Positions 1 to 8,916 are shown, numbered from the stretch's first letter. The stretch is 42,078 nt of DNA from an uncultured Mucilaginibacter sp. (GCA_964241945.1 CAXTCH010000001.1:1-42078); one strand, 5' to 3'. Translations and numbers: made by a program. The notes: generated from the letters alone by a model not told the origin.

Positions 1-6
1 CATGAT

Positions 7-666
7 ATGGCTTACCGCTTAATGCCCATTGTTGGCAGCATTGACATACTTATGGGCTCGCTAATGTTGTTTTACCCTATCCGGGCTATTGCTTTGTGGC
101 TGATAGTTTGGGGTATAGTTACGGCCTCATTACGCCCCTTGTCGGGAGAGCCTTTTGCAGAAATGATAGAACGCGCCGGAAACTTTGGGGCGCCCCTGGC
201 TTTGCTTTTATTATGCGGAGGCAGTGCTACCTTAAAAGGATGGTTTGCTCCGCTCAATAACCCCATTAAAGCAGAGGGTCACACCGGGGCCAAGGTAAAA
301 CTGTGTTTGAAGATTGTGGTATTCCTGCTGCTGTTAGGTCACGGCTGGTTAAATCTTATTGAGAAGAAATCTTTATTAACTCAATACCATTCGCTTGGCT
401 TTAACAATCCGGAACAGACAGCACATTTATTTGGTATAGCAGAACTGGCGGCAGCATTTTCCGTTTGGATTGATGCATTGAGCCCCCTGCTTATTGTGCT
501 GTTTGTCTGGAAAATATCTACCGAGCTGCTTTATCCTCATTACGAAGTTTTTGAATTTATAGAACGTGGCGGCAGTTATGGCACGCTATTATCTCTCTGG
601 GTTTTACAACGCTCACGATCTCCCCTGATACCCGGCTTTCGCAAACCGATTCTCCGTACCCATTAA
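7..666 (+). CDS. Multi-pass membrane protein with internal two-fold repeat (DoxX-like), probably 5'-truncated by the window edge
   Basis: Several hydrophobic helices; repeated motif E(M/F)IER(A/G)G(N/S)(F/Y)G; frame is open back to base 1 (CAT GAT ATG); stop overlaps the next start (TAATG). Confidence 0.7.
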   Translation: MAYRLMPIVGSIDILMGSLMLFYPIRAIALWLIVWGIVTASLRPLSGEPFAEMIERAGNFGAPLALLLLCGGSATLKGWFAPLNNPIKAEGHTGAKVKLCLKIVVFLLLLGHGWLNLIEKKSLLTQYHSLGFNNPEQTAHLFGIAELAAAFSVWIDALSPLLIVLFVWKISTELLYPHYEVFEFIERGGSYGTLLSLWVLQRSRSPLIPGFRKPILRTH

Positions 667-2012
667 TGAAAAGTTACTTACCGTTTGTAATGAATCGACT
701 TAAATATTGTCTGCTGCTGTTTATCAGTTTTTTATTAGCTGCCTGCCATGCAAAACACAAAGCGGCATCTTTAAGCGATGCTGAAATTTTGCATCAGAAT
801 GAAGATAAGCTCACTCAGGTAATTATTTACGACGTGTTCACCCCACCGGTGGCCAGTCGCATCTATGGCTATACTTCGCTGGCGGCTTATGAGGCTATGC
901 GTTATGCCAACCCTAAGTACAACTCGCTTATCACACAGCTAAAGGGCTTTGGTGTACCGCCGGTACCGCAAAAAGGAAAATCCTATAATTTTGTGCTTGC
1001 AGCTACTAAAGCTTTGTTTACCGTAGCGCATAAAGTTACTTTTTCAGTAGATACGCTTAAAAAATATGAAGACGGCGTTTATACTGATTTTAAAGACCGG
1101 CTGGATGATTCTACCTATGCCCGCTCTGTAGCCTTCGGCGAGCAAATAGGCAAATTAATTTTGAAGCGCGCCAGCGTAGATAACTATCCGCAAACCCGTG
1201 GCAAACCCAAATACTTGGGTCACAACGGCGAGGCAGAATGGCGCCCTACGCCTCCCGATTACTTTGATGGTGTGGAATATTGCTGGGGTACCATGGAGCC
1301 GTTTGCTATCAATTCGTCCAAACAGTTTCCGCTGCCTCATCCGCCGGCTTACAGCACCGACACCACCAGCGTATATTATCGGCAGGCCAAAGAAGTATAT
1401 AACACCAATAAGCATTTGACCACTGAGCAAACCACTGTAGCCCGTTTTTGGGACGATAACCCATTTGCCACACAGCACGACGGGCACATTACTTATGCCA
1501 ATAAGAAAATCACCCCGGGCGGTCATTGGATGGGTATCACAGCTATTGCCTGCCGGCAAACGCATGCGGATGCCGTGAAAACGGCACAAGCCTATGCGCT
1601 TACTGCTATTGCCCTGTACGATAGCTTCATTTGCAGTTGGGAAGCAAAATATGAATACAGCTATATACGCCCGGTATCAGAAATTAATGAAATGATTGAC
1701 CATTACTGGACGCCTTTATTGCAAACTCCACCCTTTCCGGAATATCCGGCAGGTCACGCTGATATCAGCGGCGCTTCGGCTACTGTACTTACCCGTGTAT
1801 TTGGTAATCATTTGGCGTTTCGTGATACTACCGAGCGACGGTACATCGGTATGGAACGCCATTTTGATTCTTTTCTGAATGCAGCAGATGAAACCGCTAT
1901 AAGCCGGTTTTACGGTGGCATCCACAATAAAAACAGCTGCCTGATGGGAGCGGTTCAGGGTAAAAAAATTGGGGACTTTATTTTAAGTAAACTGAGGTTA
2001 TACAACGAATAA
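666..2012 (+). CDS. Vanadium-dependent haloperoxidase / PAP2-superfamily lipoprotein
   Basis: Lipobox LAAC; motifs KYEYSYIRP (K-x6-RP), PFPEYPAGH and SRFYGGIH; also FWDDNP and ITPGGHW, typical of Bacteroidota VHPO-like proteins. Confidence 0.85.
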   Translation: MKSYLPFVMNRLKYCLLLFISFLLAACHAKHKAASLSDAEILHQNEDKLTQVIIYDVFTPPVASRIYGYTSLAAYEAMRYANPKYNSLITQLKGFGVPPVPQKGKSYNFVLAATKALFTVAHKVTFSVDTLKKYEDGVYTDFKDRLDDSTYARSVAFGEQIGKLILKRASVDNYPQTRGKPKYLGHNGEAEWRPTPPDYFDGVEYCWGTMEPFAINSSKQFPLPHPPAYSTDTTSVYYRQAKEVYNTNKHLTTEQTTVARFWDDNPFATQHDGHITYANKKITPGGHWMGITAIACRQTHADAVKTAQAYALTAIALYDSFICSWEAKYEYSYIRPVSEINEMIDHYWTPLLQTPPFPEYPAGHADISGASATVLTRVFGNHLAFRDTTERRYIGMERHFDSFLNAADETAISRFYGGIHNKNSCLMGAVQGKKIGDFILSKLRLYNE

Positions 2013-2037
2013 CACACCCTTTAACCTTAATTTAATT

Positions 2038-2973
2038 ATGATTAAACTTATACTTCCGATAAAATATTCGCGCTGGCTTGCGGCATTACTGCTAATTGTA
2101 AGCTTTGAGCACCAAGCATCGGCTCAAACTGATGCAGATGCCATCATGATCCCTAAAAATTATTTCTGCGCCGGCGCAATGTACAGTTACGGCAGTTGGA
2201 CCAATTACTGGGAAGGAACATTAAAACGTAATAACTTAAACATTGGCCGTGTAAGTACCAATATGTATGTGGCTATGGCTAATTATGGTATCACCAACCG
2301 CCTGAACGTATTAGTAAGCGTTCCTTATGTGACTACCAACGCCTCAGCCGGAACTTTGTCGGGCATGCATGGCTTTCAGGATTTGTCTGCTACTATCAAA
2401 TGGATGCCGTTAAGAACGGGTATCGGCAATGGCCAGTTTTCGGTTTACGCCATTGGTACCGGCGTACTGCCGCTCAGTAATTATGTGGCTGATTTTATGC
2501 CGACCTCCATTGGTATACACAGCAAGCAACTGGCCGGCCGTTTGTTGCTGGATTATAAATATCACCACTTCTTTGTTACCGGTTCAGGTCAGTATGCTTA
2601 TCGAAGTGATATTACCATTGACCGGAACGCTTACTATACAACCGAACTGATTTACAGCAATAAGGTTCAGATGCCGAATGCTACAGTATTTAACTTCCGC
2701 GCCGGCTACCGTAGTCCGAAAGTAATTGCTGAGGCGGTAGTCGATAAAATGACATCTTTGGGTGGATTCGACATTCGCCGGAACGACATGCCCTTTCCAA
2801 GCAATAGAATGGATGCTACCAGCGTGGGTGTGAATTTTAAATATTCTTTCGGCAATGGCTTAGAGCTTACCGGCGGCAGCGATTATGTGGTTGCTGGCCG
2901 CAACGTAGGGCAAAGCACCATCTTCCATGGCGGCGCTTATTACCTTTTTAACTTACATCCTACTAAACATTAA
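2038..2973 (+). CDS. Putative outer-membrane beta-barrel protein (Phenol_MetA_deg/SphA-like transporter)
   Basis: Sec signal ending ASA|Q; alternating aromatic/Gly beta-strand pattern (ANYGITNRLNVLVSVPYV, GFQDLSATIKW); aromatic-rich terminal strand GGAYYLF. Confidence 0.6.
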   Translation: MIKLILPIKYSRWLAALLLIVSFEHQASAQTDADAIMIPKNYFCAGAMYSYGSWTNYWEGTLKRNNLNIGRVSTNMYVAMANYGITNRLNVLVSVPYVTTNASAGTLSGMHGFQDLSATIKWMPLRTGIGNGQFSVYAIGTGVLPLSNYVADFMPTSIGIHSKQLAGRLLLDYKYHHFFVTGSGQYAYRSDITIDRNAYYTTELIYSNKVQMPNATVFNFRAGYRSPKVIAEAVVDKMTSLGGFDIRRNDMPFPSNRMDATSVGVNFKYSFGNGLELTGGSDYVVAGRNVGQSTIFHGGAYYLFNLHPTKH

Positions 2974-2991
2974 TCTCAATACGAATTAGTT

Positions 2992-4548
2992 ATGAAAAAA
3001 TATATATACTATTTAAATTTGATACTCTTGCTGGTCGTGTTGTGCAGTTCCGCCTGTAAAAAGGAAGTTATAAGCCGCACTGCAAATTATGCTGCGCTTT
3101 CTCCGTCAAACGAAGATTTAAATGCTGACACCTGGAAGCCCATATTACTTACCGGGTTCAGCGACTTAACCGTAGCTACACCGGATGCCGTAAATTCGCC
3201 TGCTTACGTTGCTGATCTTAACGAGATTAAAGGTTATCAAAAAAACTTAACCAGCGAACAGCAGGCCAATATCAAGTACTGGAGCGCAGGAGCCGTGCTG
3301 CGCTGGAACGAGATATTGCGTGAATTGGTAGCTAAATATAATTTACCTCCGTACCAAAATCCGGATGGTACCTATCCTATTCCGAGCTCTGCAAATCCGT
3401 TCGCTTATCCTACATTCCCGTTTTCCAATCCGCCATATGCCGCACGTTCTTATGCTTATATCAGCGCTGCCCAGTATGATGCATTGATAGCGGCCTGGCA
3501 TTTCAAGAAAATGTATAATCGGGCAGCACCCTATAAAAATGACACAGGTGTGCAGGCACTGATACCCAAAACCGATTTACCTTCTTACCCCAGTGAAGAT
3601 GCCGTAGTAGCAGGCACCGTGGTACAATTGATGAAACTGCTGTTTCCGGCAGAAATAAGTTACATTGAGGAAAAAGAAGCTGATGAAAAAATGTATCGTC
3701 TTTGTGCCGGTGCAAGTGTCCGCAGCGATTGGGATGCCGGGGAAGCGCTGGGCAAGCAAGTAGCTGATAAATTTGTTGTCCGTGCTAAGGGTGACCGTGC
3801 AGGCGCTGCTGTGGGTACACCTACCCTGTGGGCACAATTGCAAACTCAAACCGCTGCCACCGGCGAAACACCCTGGATCAGTTTAGAATTGCCCAGACGT
3901 CCTCCTATGCTGCCGTTGTTTAGCAAAGTAAAACCATTTTTGTTTGATTCATTGACGGTAATTGCCCTGCGTCCGCCTGCACCGCCATCTGTAAAATCCG
4001 ACCAATTTAAGCAGGAGTTGGCAGAAGTGGCTAATGTAACCAAAAATATTACCCGCGAACAAAATGCACAGGTATCTTTCTGGGCAGATGGCGCCGGCAC
4101 CTATACGCCGCCCGGCCACTGGAATGCAATAGCTGCCGATGAGTTTGTAAAACAAAATTATAGTGAAGTGCGCTGGGCCCGTAACCTGGCCTTAATAAAT
4201 ATGGCCATGATGGATGCTGGTATTGTGTGCTGGGACACTAAATATCATTATTTTAACGCCCGTCCATCGCAGATGGATAATAATGTTAAAACGCTAACCG
4301 GTGTACCTAATTTCCCTTCGTATACCTCCGGTCACTCCAATTTCAGTGCGGCCGCATCAACTGTACTTACTTATATACTGTCAGATAGAGGAACAAAATT
4401 TAGCGACCTGGCTATGCAGGCCGCCATGTCGCGCTTGTATGGCGGTTTACATTACCGTACAGATTGTATGGTAGGGTTAACTACCGGCGCAAAAGTAGGT
4501 CAGTATGCGGTGGATCGTGCCAAATCTGATGGTGCAGATACGCCCTAA
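2992..4548 (+). CDS. Tandem-domain PAP2/vanadium-haloperoxidase-like lipoprotein (N-domain degenerate, C-domain intact)
   Basis: Lipobox SSAC-KKE; C-domain KYHYFNARP / PSYTSGH / SRLYGGLHYRTD; N-domain KKMYNRAAP / PSYPSED / YRLCAGASVRSD. Confidence 0.85.
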   Translation: MKKYIYYLNLILLLVVLCSSACKKEVISRTANYAALSPSNEDLNADTWKPILLTGFSDLTVATPDAVNSPAYVADLNEIKGYQKNLTSEQQANIKYWSAGAVLRWNEILRELVAKYNLPPYQNPDGTYPIPSSANPFAYPTFPFSNPPYAARSYAYISAAQYDALIAAWHFKKMYNRAAPYKNDTGVQALIPKTDLPSYPSEDAVVAGTVVQLMKLLFPAEISYIEEKEADEKMYRLCAGASVRSDWDAGEALGKQVADKFVVRAKGDRAGAAVGTPTLWAQLQTQTAATGETPWISLELPRRPPMLPLFSKVKPFLFDSLTVIALRPPAPPSVKSDQFKQELAEVANVTKNITREQNAQVSFWADGAGTYTPPGHWNAIAADEFVKQNYSEVRWARNLALINMAMMDAGIVCWDTKYHYFNARPSQMDNNVKTLTGVPNFPSYTSGHSNFSAAASTVLTYILSDRGTKFSDLAMQAAMSRLYGGLHYRTDCMVGLTTGAKVGQYAVDRAKSDGADTP

Positions 4549-4580
4549 AAATAGTTTGTTGATTATTGTTAGTTTAAGCG

Positions 4581-4611
4581 GAAATGCCCGGCATTGAAAT
4601 GCCGGGCTTTC
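4581..4611. terminator. Hairpin between convergent genes, probable bidirectional intrinsic terminator
   Basis: GCCCGGCATT-GA-AATGCCGGGC (4586-4607) flanked by GAAA and TTTC, between stops at 4548 (+) and 4616 (-). Confidence 0.75.
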
Positions 4612-4615
4612 TGGT

Positions 4616-6772
4616 TTAAAAGCGCAACGTTTCCTGCTGGTCGAAAAACCTGCCAATAGCATTATCTAGAGACGGCATAATATAGCCATGTTTACTCTTC
4701 ATTGAACTGAATTTTGGCCTTTTGGCCTTCAAAGCTAAGTCCTGTAAAGTTACTGATTCAATCAATTTCGTATCTAACCGCTTATGTTGGGCAATTTCCA
4801 AAGCCAGTTCAAACCAGCTTACGGTGCCTTTATTGGTTAAATGCCATATTCCGCGTTCATCATCTATTAATAAATCCAAACTGGTATTTACCAGGTCGGG
4901 TACATAAGTTGGCGAAATAAACACGTCGCTTAATGTTTGTACAGGCCGCTTGCTCTGTAAGTTCTGCAAAGTACCATGTACAAAATTATAGGTATCCCAT
5001 GGGCCAAAGAAAGCGCTGGTGCGAATTACCAAAGCGTTAGTATTCGCTCGCATTACCTGCTTTTCAGCCTGTGCCTTACTTTCTCCGTAAACATTCAGCG
5101 GATTGATCGCATCGTTTTCTTCATAGGTAGCATTTTTTACTCCGTCGAACACAAAGTCGGTTGAAAACGTCATCAGTTTTATACCGTGCTGCTCACACGC
5201 CATTGCTAAGTTTTCAGGGCCTTGTGTGTTACTCAGGAAGCAGGCCTCTTTCTGAACCTCTGCATCATCGACCCTTACAAAACCGGCTGTATTAATAATA
5301 GCCCAAGGTTTGAATTGATGTATCACCTGCTGTATTTGAACAGGATCAGTGATATCCAGCTCATCACGACTTAACAATTTATACTTTAAATGCCGTTCTT
5401 CGCAGATGCGTGCAAACGCCTTGCCTAAAGTGCCTGTTTTACCGGTGATCAGCAACGGCTGGCAATCGTCATGTTGATTTGCACTATGAGTAACCAGTTT
5501 ATTAAAACGGTAAATCACCCTGCTATCGCGGTTCCACCATCCTTCCTCGCACAATACGGGATGCTTAAATTCCTTGCCCTGAGCAAAAGCTGCCACCATT
5601 TTACAAATAGCTGTTGAGCGCGGTTCACCTGAAAGTACATCAAAAGCACCTGCTTCATAGGTGCCGAAAGGGTGCGTAAGCAATTTGTTCCAGCCAAAAG
5701 ATCCTAATAGAGCCCAGGAAGTGATACCTCTTATATCAACCCCATCTTTTTCTAATCGAAGTGCATCCTCCCATACGTATTTAAACCAGCGCAATTGTTC
5801 TTCACGCGTACAGTGCAAGTGCACTTCGGTAATTGCGATGGGCAGTTGATAATCTTTCCAGGCATCCATCACCAAAGTATATGGACCGTCAGGCTTGGTT
5901 TTGTCTACCCGCACTGTTTCCACATCAGCATAGGTATGTCTGCCGTTGCTGCCCTGAACATGCGGGGGATAGTGCTCAATATTTTCGTCTAAATAGCGTT
6001 CAGAAGTGATGTAGTGATTCAGCCCCATAATATCGGGCGGACAAGGATTTTCTAAAAAGAAATTCAACTCCTGTTGCTGAATACCTGAGTTAAGAATGTA
6101 ATCCCAAAAGAAATGGCCAGGTTTAACTCTGCCACATAATAAATCGAATCCGAGCCAACGGCGGCGGTTTTCAAATTCTGCCTGGTATTCCAGCAATGGC
6201 GTACTATGCACTTTACCCAAATCCTCCGTCTGCACCAATTTGGCCTCCGGGTTTACTTTTCGTATTGCCTGCATAGCCAACACAGTAGCCTTACACTCAC
6301 TGATTAAAACTTTGTGAAATGTGTAGTCATCATGCCCATGCGGAAACCATACGCCATACAAACCGCAAAAACGTGCGGTAGTTAACGGTTCATTAATAGG
6401 TGTATAATAAGTAAGCCATGGAAACTTGCGGGCTACCTTATCGGCGTAATCAGCTAAACCTTCGGCGAAAGTATCATCCATTAAGGTTACAAAAGCCGGA
6501 CCACTGCCATGATGCACCAGGCCAGCAATAGGCTCAATGCCCAGCTTTTGCATTTCATTGAAACGTTTTTCGGAAAGGCTCCAGTCTATCACTGTATCTA
6601 AAGTGGGTTGATGTTTTTCCCACAATACAGGATACCTCAGCTTTTGGATACCCAGGTTTGCGATTTCCTTTATATCATTATCCCTAATGTAATGCCCTGA
6701 ATAAGTTAGCTGATCAAAATATTCGTTTTTTACCCGGTTAATGGTGCATTCTAAACCGCCCCAAATTTCCAT
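4616..6772 (-). CDS. Fusion of family 1 glycoside hydrolase-like domain and dTDP-4-dehydrorhamnose reductase (RmlD-like SDR) domain
   Basis: N-part INEP (acid/base) and ITEVH (nucleophile position); C-part LITGKTGTLG, STDFVFDG, YGESK (YxxxK), SPTYVPDL. Confidence 0.88.
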   Translation of the reverse strand: MEIWGGLECTINRVKNEYFDQLTYSGHYIRDNDIKEIANLGIQKLRYPVLWEKHQPTLDTVIDWSLSEKRFNEMQKLGIEPIAGLVHHGSGPAFVTLMDDTFAEGLADYADKVARKFPWLTYYTPINEPLTTARFCGLYGVWFPHGHDDYTFHKVLISECKATVLAMQAIRKVNPEAKLVQTEDLGKVHSTPLLEYQAEFENRRRWLGFDLLCGRVKPGHFFWDYILNSGIQQQELNFFLENPCPPDIMGLNHYITSERYLDENIEHYPPHVQGSNGRHTYADVETVRVDKTKPDGPYTLVMDAWKDYQLPIAITEVHLHCTREEQLRWFKYVWEDALRLEKDGVDIRGITSWALLGSFGWNKLLTHPFGTYEAGAFDVLSGEPRSTAICKMVAAFAQGKEFKHPVLCEEGWWNRDSRVIYRFNKLVTHSANQHDDCQPLLITGKTGTLGKAFARICEERHLKYKLLSRDELDITDPVQIQQVIHQFKPWAIINTAGFVRVDDAEVQKEACFLSNTQGPENLAMACEQHGIKLMTFSTDFVFDGVKNATYEENDAINPLNVYGESKAQAEKQVMRANTNALVIRTSAFFGPWDTYNFVHGTLQNLQSKRPVQTLSDVFISPTYVPDLVNTSLDLLIDDERGIWHLTNKGTVSWFELALEIAQHKRLDTKLIESVTLQDLALKAKRPKFSSMKSKHGYIMPSLDNAIGRFFDQQETLRF

Positions 6773-6801
6773 ACTTATAATTATAAATTACCAAAACAGA
6801 T

Positions 6802-6825
6802 AACAGCCTTTTCTCAAAAAGTTGC
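6802..6825 (-). promoter_or_regulatory. Possible ECF-sigma-type promoter of the GH1-RmlD gene
   Basis: On the coding strand GCAAC-N15-TGTT (AAC-N16-GTT), about 30 bp upstream of the ATG; resembles generic ECF AAC...GTT promoters; inference only. Confidence 0.3.
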
Positions 6826-7137
6826 GTGCCGGCCGCACATTTAAATCTTCCTTTTACACATCGCAACTTTGTACTTGTAACAATATCTCTTTGTATATTT
6901 ATAGTACAACCCAATTCTCAATTGGTTTGCTATAACTGTTTTAGTGACATTAACAAGTGAAGAATAACAACATTGTTACTATTATTTAAATTTATTTCTG
7001 GAAATCAGCATAAATATTTATTCAATCAATGTTTTTAACTACGGCTACCACTCACACTTAAGTCGCTTAACCATTGCTCTTTCAGTGACCTTTAAATCTT
7101 GAGCAGTTAGATGATGCGCTTTAATATGTTTTCCCAC

Positions 7138-7176
7138 AAAAAAAGCCTGATTGCAACAACAGCAATCAGGCTTTTT
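7138..7176 (-). terminator. Intrinsic terminator of the 3-ketoglycoside operon (potentially bidirectional)
   Basis: A7-GCCTGATTGC-AACAACA-GCAATCAGGC-T5, about 20 bp after the DUF1080 stop. Confidence 0.88.
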
Positions 7177-7197
7177 CAGTATAGGTTTAAGGGTTCC

Positions 7198-7971
7198 TTA
7201 TAGTTCCCGTACCCAGATATTTCTGTAACTTAAAGGTTCGCTTTTATCTCCATGCGCCTGCAACTTTATAGGAGCCGGGCCATGCTGCTGATAATGCGGC
7301 TGACCAATATATAGAGTTGGTCCTTTCAATTCGATATTGTTTTCTACCAATACGCCGTTGAACAATACGGTTACACGTGCCGGCGTTTTCATTGAGCCAT
7401 CGCCGCTAAAAGTAGGCGCTGTCCAGATCACATCATAACTTTGCCATTCGCCCGGTTTGCGCGCCGGATTAGCCAACGGAACAAACTGCTTATATATACT
7501 TCCGGCCATACCATTGGTATAAGTTTCATTTTGATATGAATCCAGCACCTGCAACTCGTAACCAGCATCGCCCTTGCCTATAGAGGCTAAAAATACACCG
7601 CTGTTACCCCTTGCCTGACCGGTACCGGTAATGTTTGAAGGTATGCGCCACTCAATGTGCAACTGGTAATTGGTAAAAGCCTGTTTAGTTTCGATGTTTC
7701 CCGAGGCTTTATTTACTGTCAGTATGCCATCAGCCACTTTCCAGTCGGCCGGTTTACTGCGATCTGCCGTAGTTACCCACTGATCTAAATTTTTACCGTC
7801 AAATAAACGGATGGCATCCGAAGGCGCATCATTCACATAGTTTCCGGGAGTTACCTTTGGGGGAACCGGCTTATAAATTTCAGTGTCTTCGGGTTTGGTA
7901 TATTGCTGAGCGTGTGCCATATATGTACTGCCAGCTAATAAAGCGGAAAGTACCCAAATCTGTTTTTTCAT
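7198..7971 (-). CDS. DUF1080 / 3-keto-disaccharide hydrolase family protein, secreted
   Basis: Signal peptide AHA|QQ; PSDAIRLFDGKNL, LHIEWR, GNSGVFL, YELQVLDS, IKLQAHG, YRNIWVREL. Confidence 0.9.
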   Translation of the reverse strand: MKKQIWVLSALLAGSTYMAHAQQYTKPEDTEIYKPVPPKVTPGNYVNDAPSDAIRLFDGKNLDQWVTTADRSKPADWKVADGILTVNKASGNIETKQAFTNYQLHIEWRIPSNITGTGQARGNSGVFLASIGKGDAGYELQVLDSYQNETYTNGMAGSIYKQFVPLANPARKPGEWQSYDVIWTAPTFSGDGSMKTPARVTVLFNGVLVENNIELKGPTLYIGQPHYQQHGPAPIKLQAHGDKSEPLSYRNIWVREL

Positions 7972-7995
7972 ATGTAGATTATTTATTGATTACAA

Positions 7996-8877
7996 TTAGA
8001 GCTTTAACGATTTTTTCATGTAAGAAGCGCTTTCAGCTATACTCACAAATGGATCAATGTTGGTGAAATTTTCCTGCTCCATGATAAAGTGATGCACCCC
8101 GGCAGCTTCTGCCTGCGGAATGATAGCCTTAAAGTCGATATCTCCTTTGCCGATTTCGGTAGTGGTATCCGGATTCGATTTATCCCGGTCCTTTACATGC
8201 ACAAACGCATAGCGGCCTTTGTGCGCTTTCAGAATTTTTATCGGATCCTGTCCTGCGCGTACCACCCAATAAATATCCATTTCCATATGCACTAATGCAG
8301 GGTCGGTATATTTAAGTAAAGTGTCGTAAAAAGTGGTACCTTCAACCGGTTTCCATTCAAAATTATGGTTGTGGTAACCTACCTTCAGCCCTTCTTTCTT
8401 AATGGCTTCTGCCAGTTTATTCATATTTTCAGCCACTTTCATAAAGTCGGCCTTGGTCCGGATCAGGCTTTCGTTTAATGAAGGAACAATCAAATAGGTT
8501 TGACCGGTGGTGTGTGCTACCTTAATATATTCGTCGAGTTGCTGACGACTGCCATCTTTGAAAAAAGCATTTAAATCATAGTGCCCGCTGGCAGTGGTTA
8601 AGCCATGCGATTTGAGCAGACTGCTAAACTCTTTTGAGTTTAATCCCCAGAAACCACTCTTCATATCATAACCAAAGGTTTCCACCTCCTGATAACCGGC
8701 TTTGGCTACCTGTGCAATGGCGCCCTTTAAATCCTTAGGTAATTGATCGCGCAAGGTATATAGTTGAATGCCTACTTTTTTAACCGGGGCTGCAGCCAAT
8801 GAGAGCGATGGTTTAAGCAGTGCGGCGGCAGACACTAATCCTGCCTGAGCTAAAAATGTTCTTCTGGTGGTTGTCAT
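7996..8877 (-). CDS. Tat-exported sugar phosphate isomerase/epimerase-family TIM-barrel protein
   Basis: TRRTFL Tat motif; GIQLYTLRD, GYHNHNFE, EMDIYW, HVKD, MEQE metal motifs. Confidence 0.88.
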   Translation of the reverse strand: MTTTRRTFLAQAGLVSAAALLKPSLSLAAAPVKKVGIQLYTLRDQLPKDLKGAIAQVAKAGYQEVETFGYDMKSGFWGLNSKEFSSLLKSHGLTTASGHYDLNAFFKDGSRQQLDEYIKVAHTTGQTYLIVPSLNESLIRTKADFMKVAENMNKLAEAIKKEGLKVGYHNHNFEWKPVEGTTFYDTLLKYTDPALVHMEMDIYWVVRAGQDPIKILKAHKGRYAFVHVKDRDKSNPDTTTEIGKGDIDFKAIIPQAEAAGVHHFIMEQENFTNIDPFVSIAESASYMKKSLKL

Positions 8878-8916
8878 GTTTTATATTTTGGTTTTTGATT
8901 GGTTAGTATTTAATGC

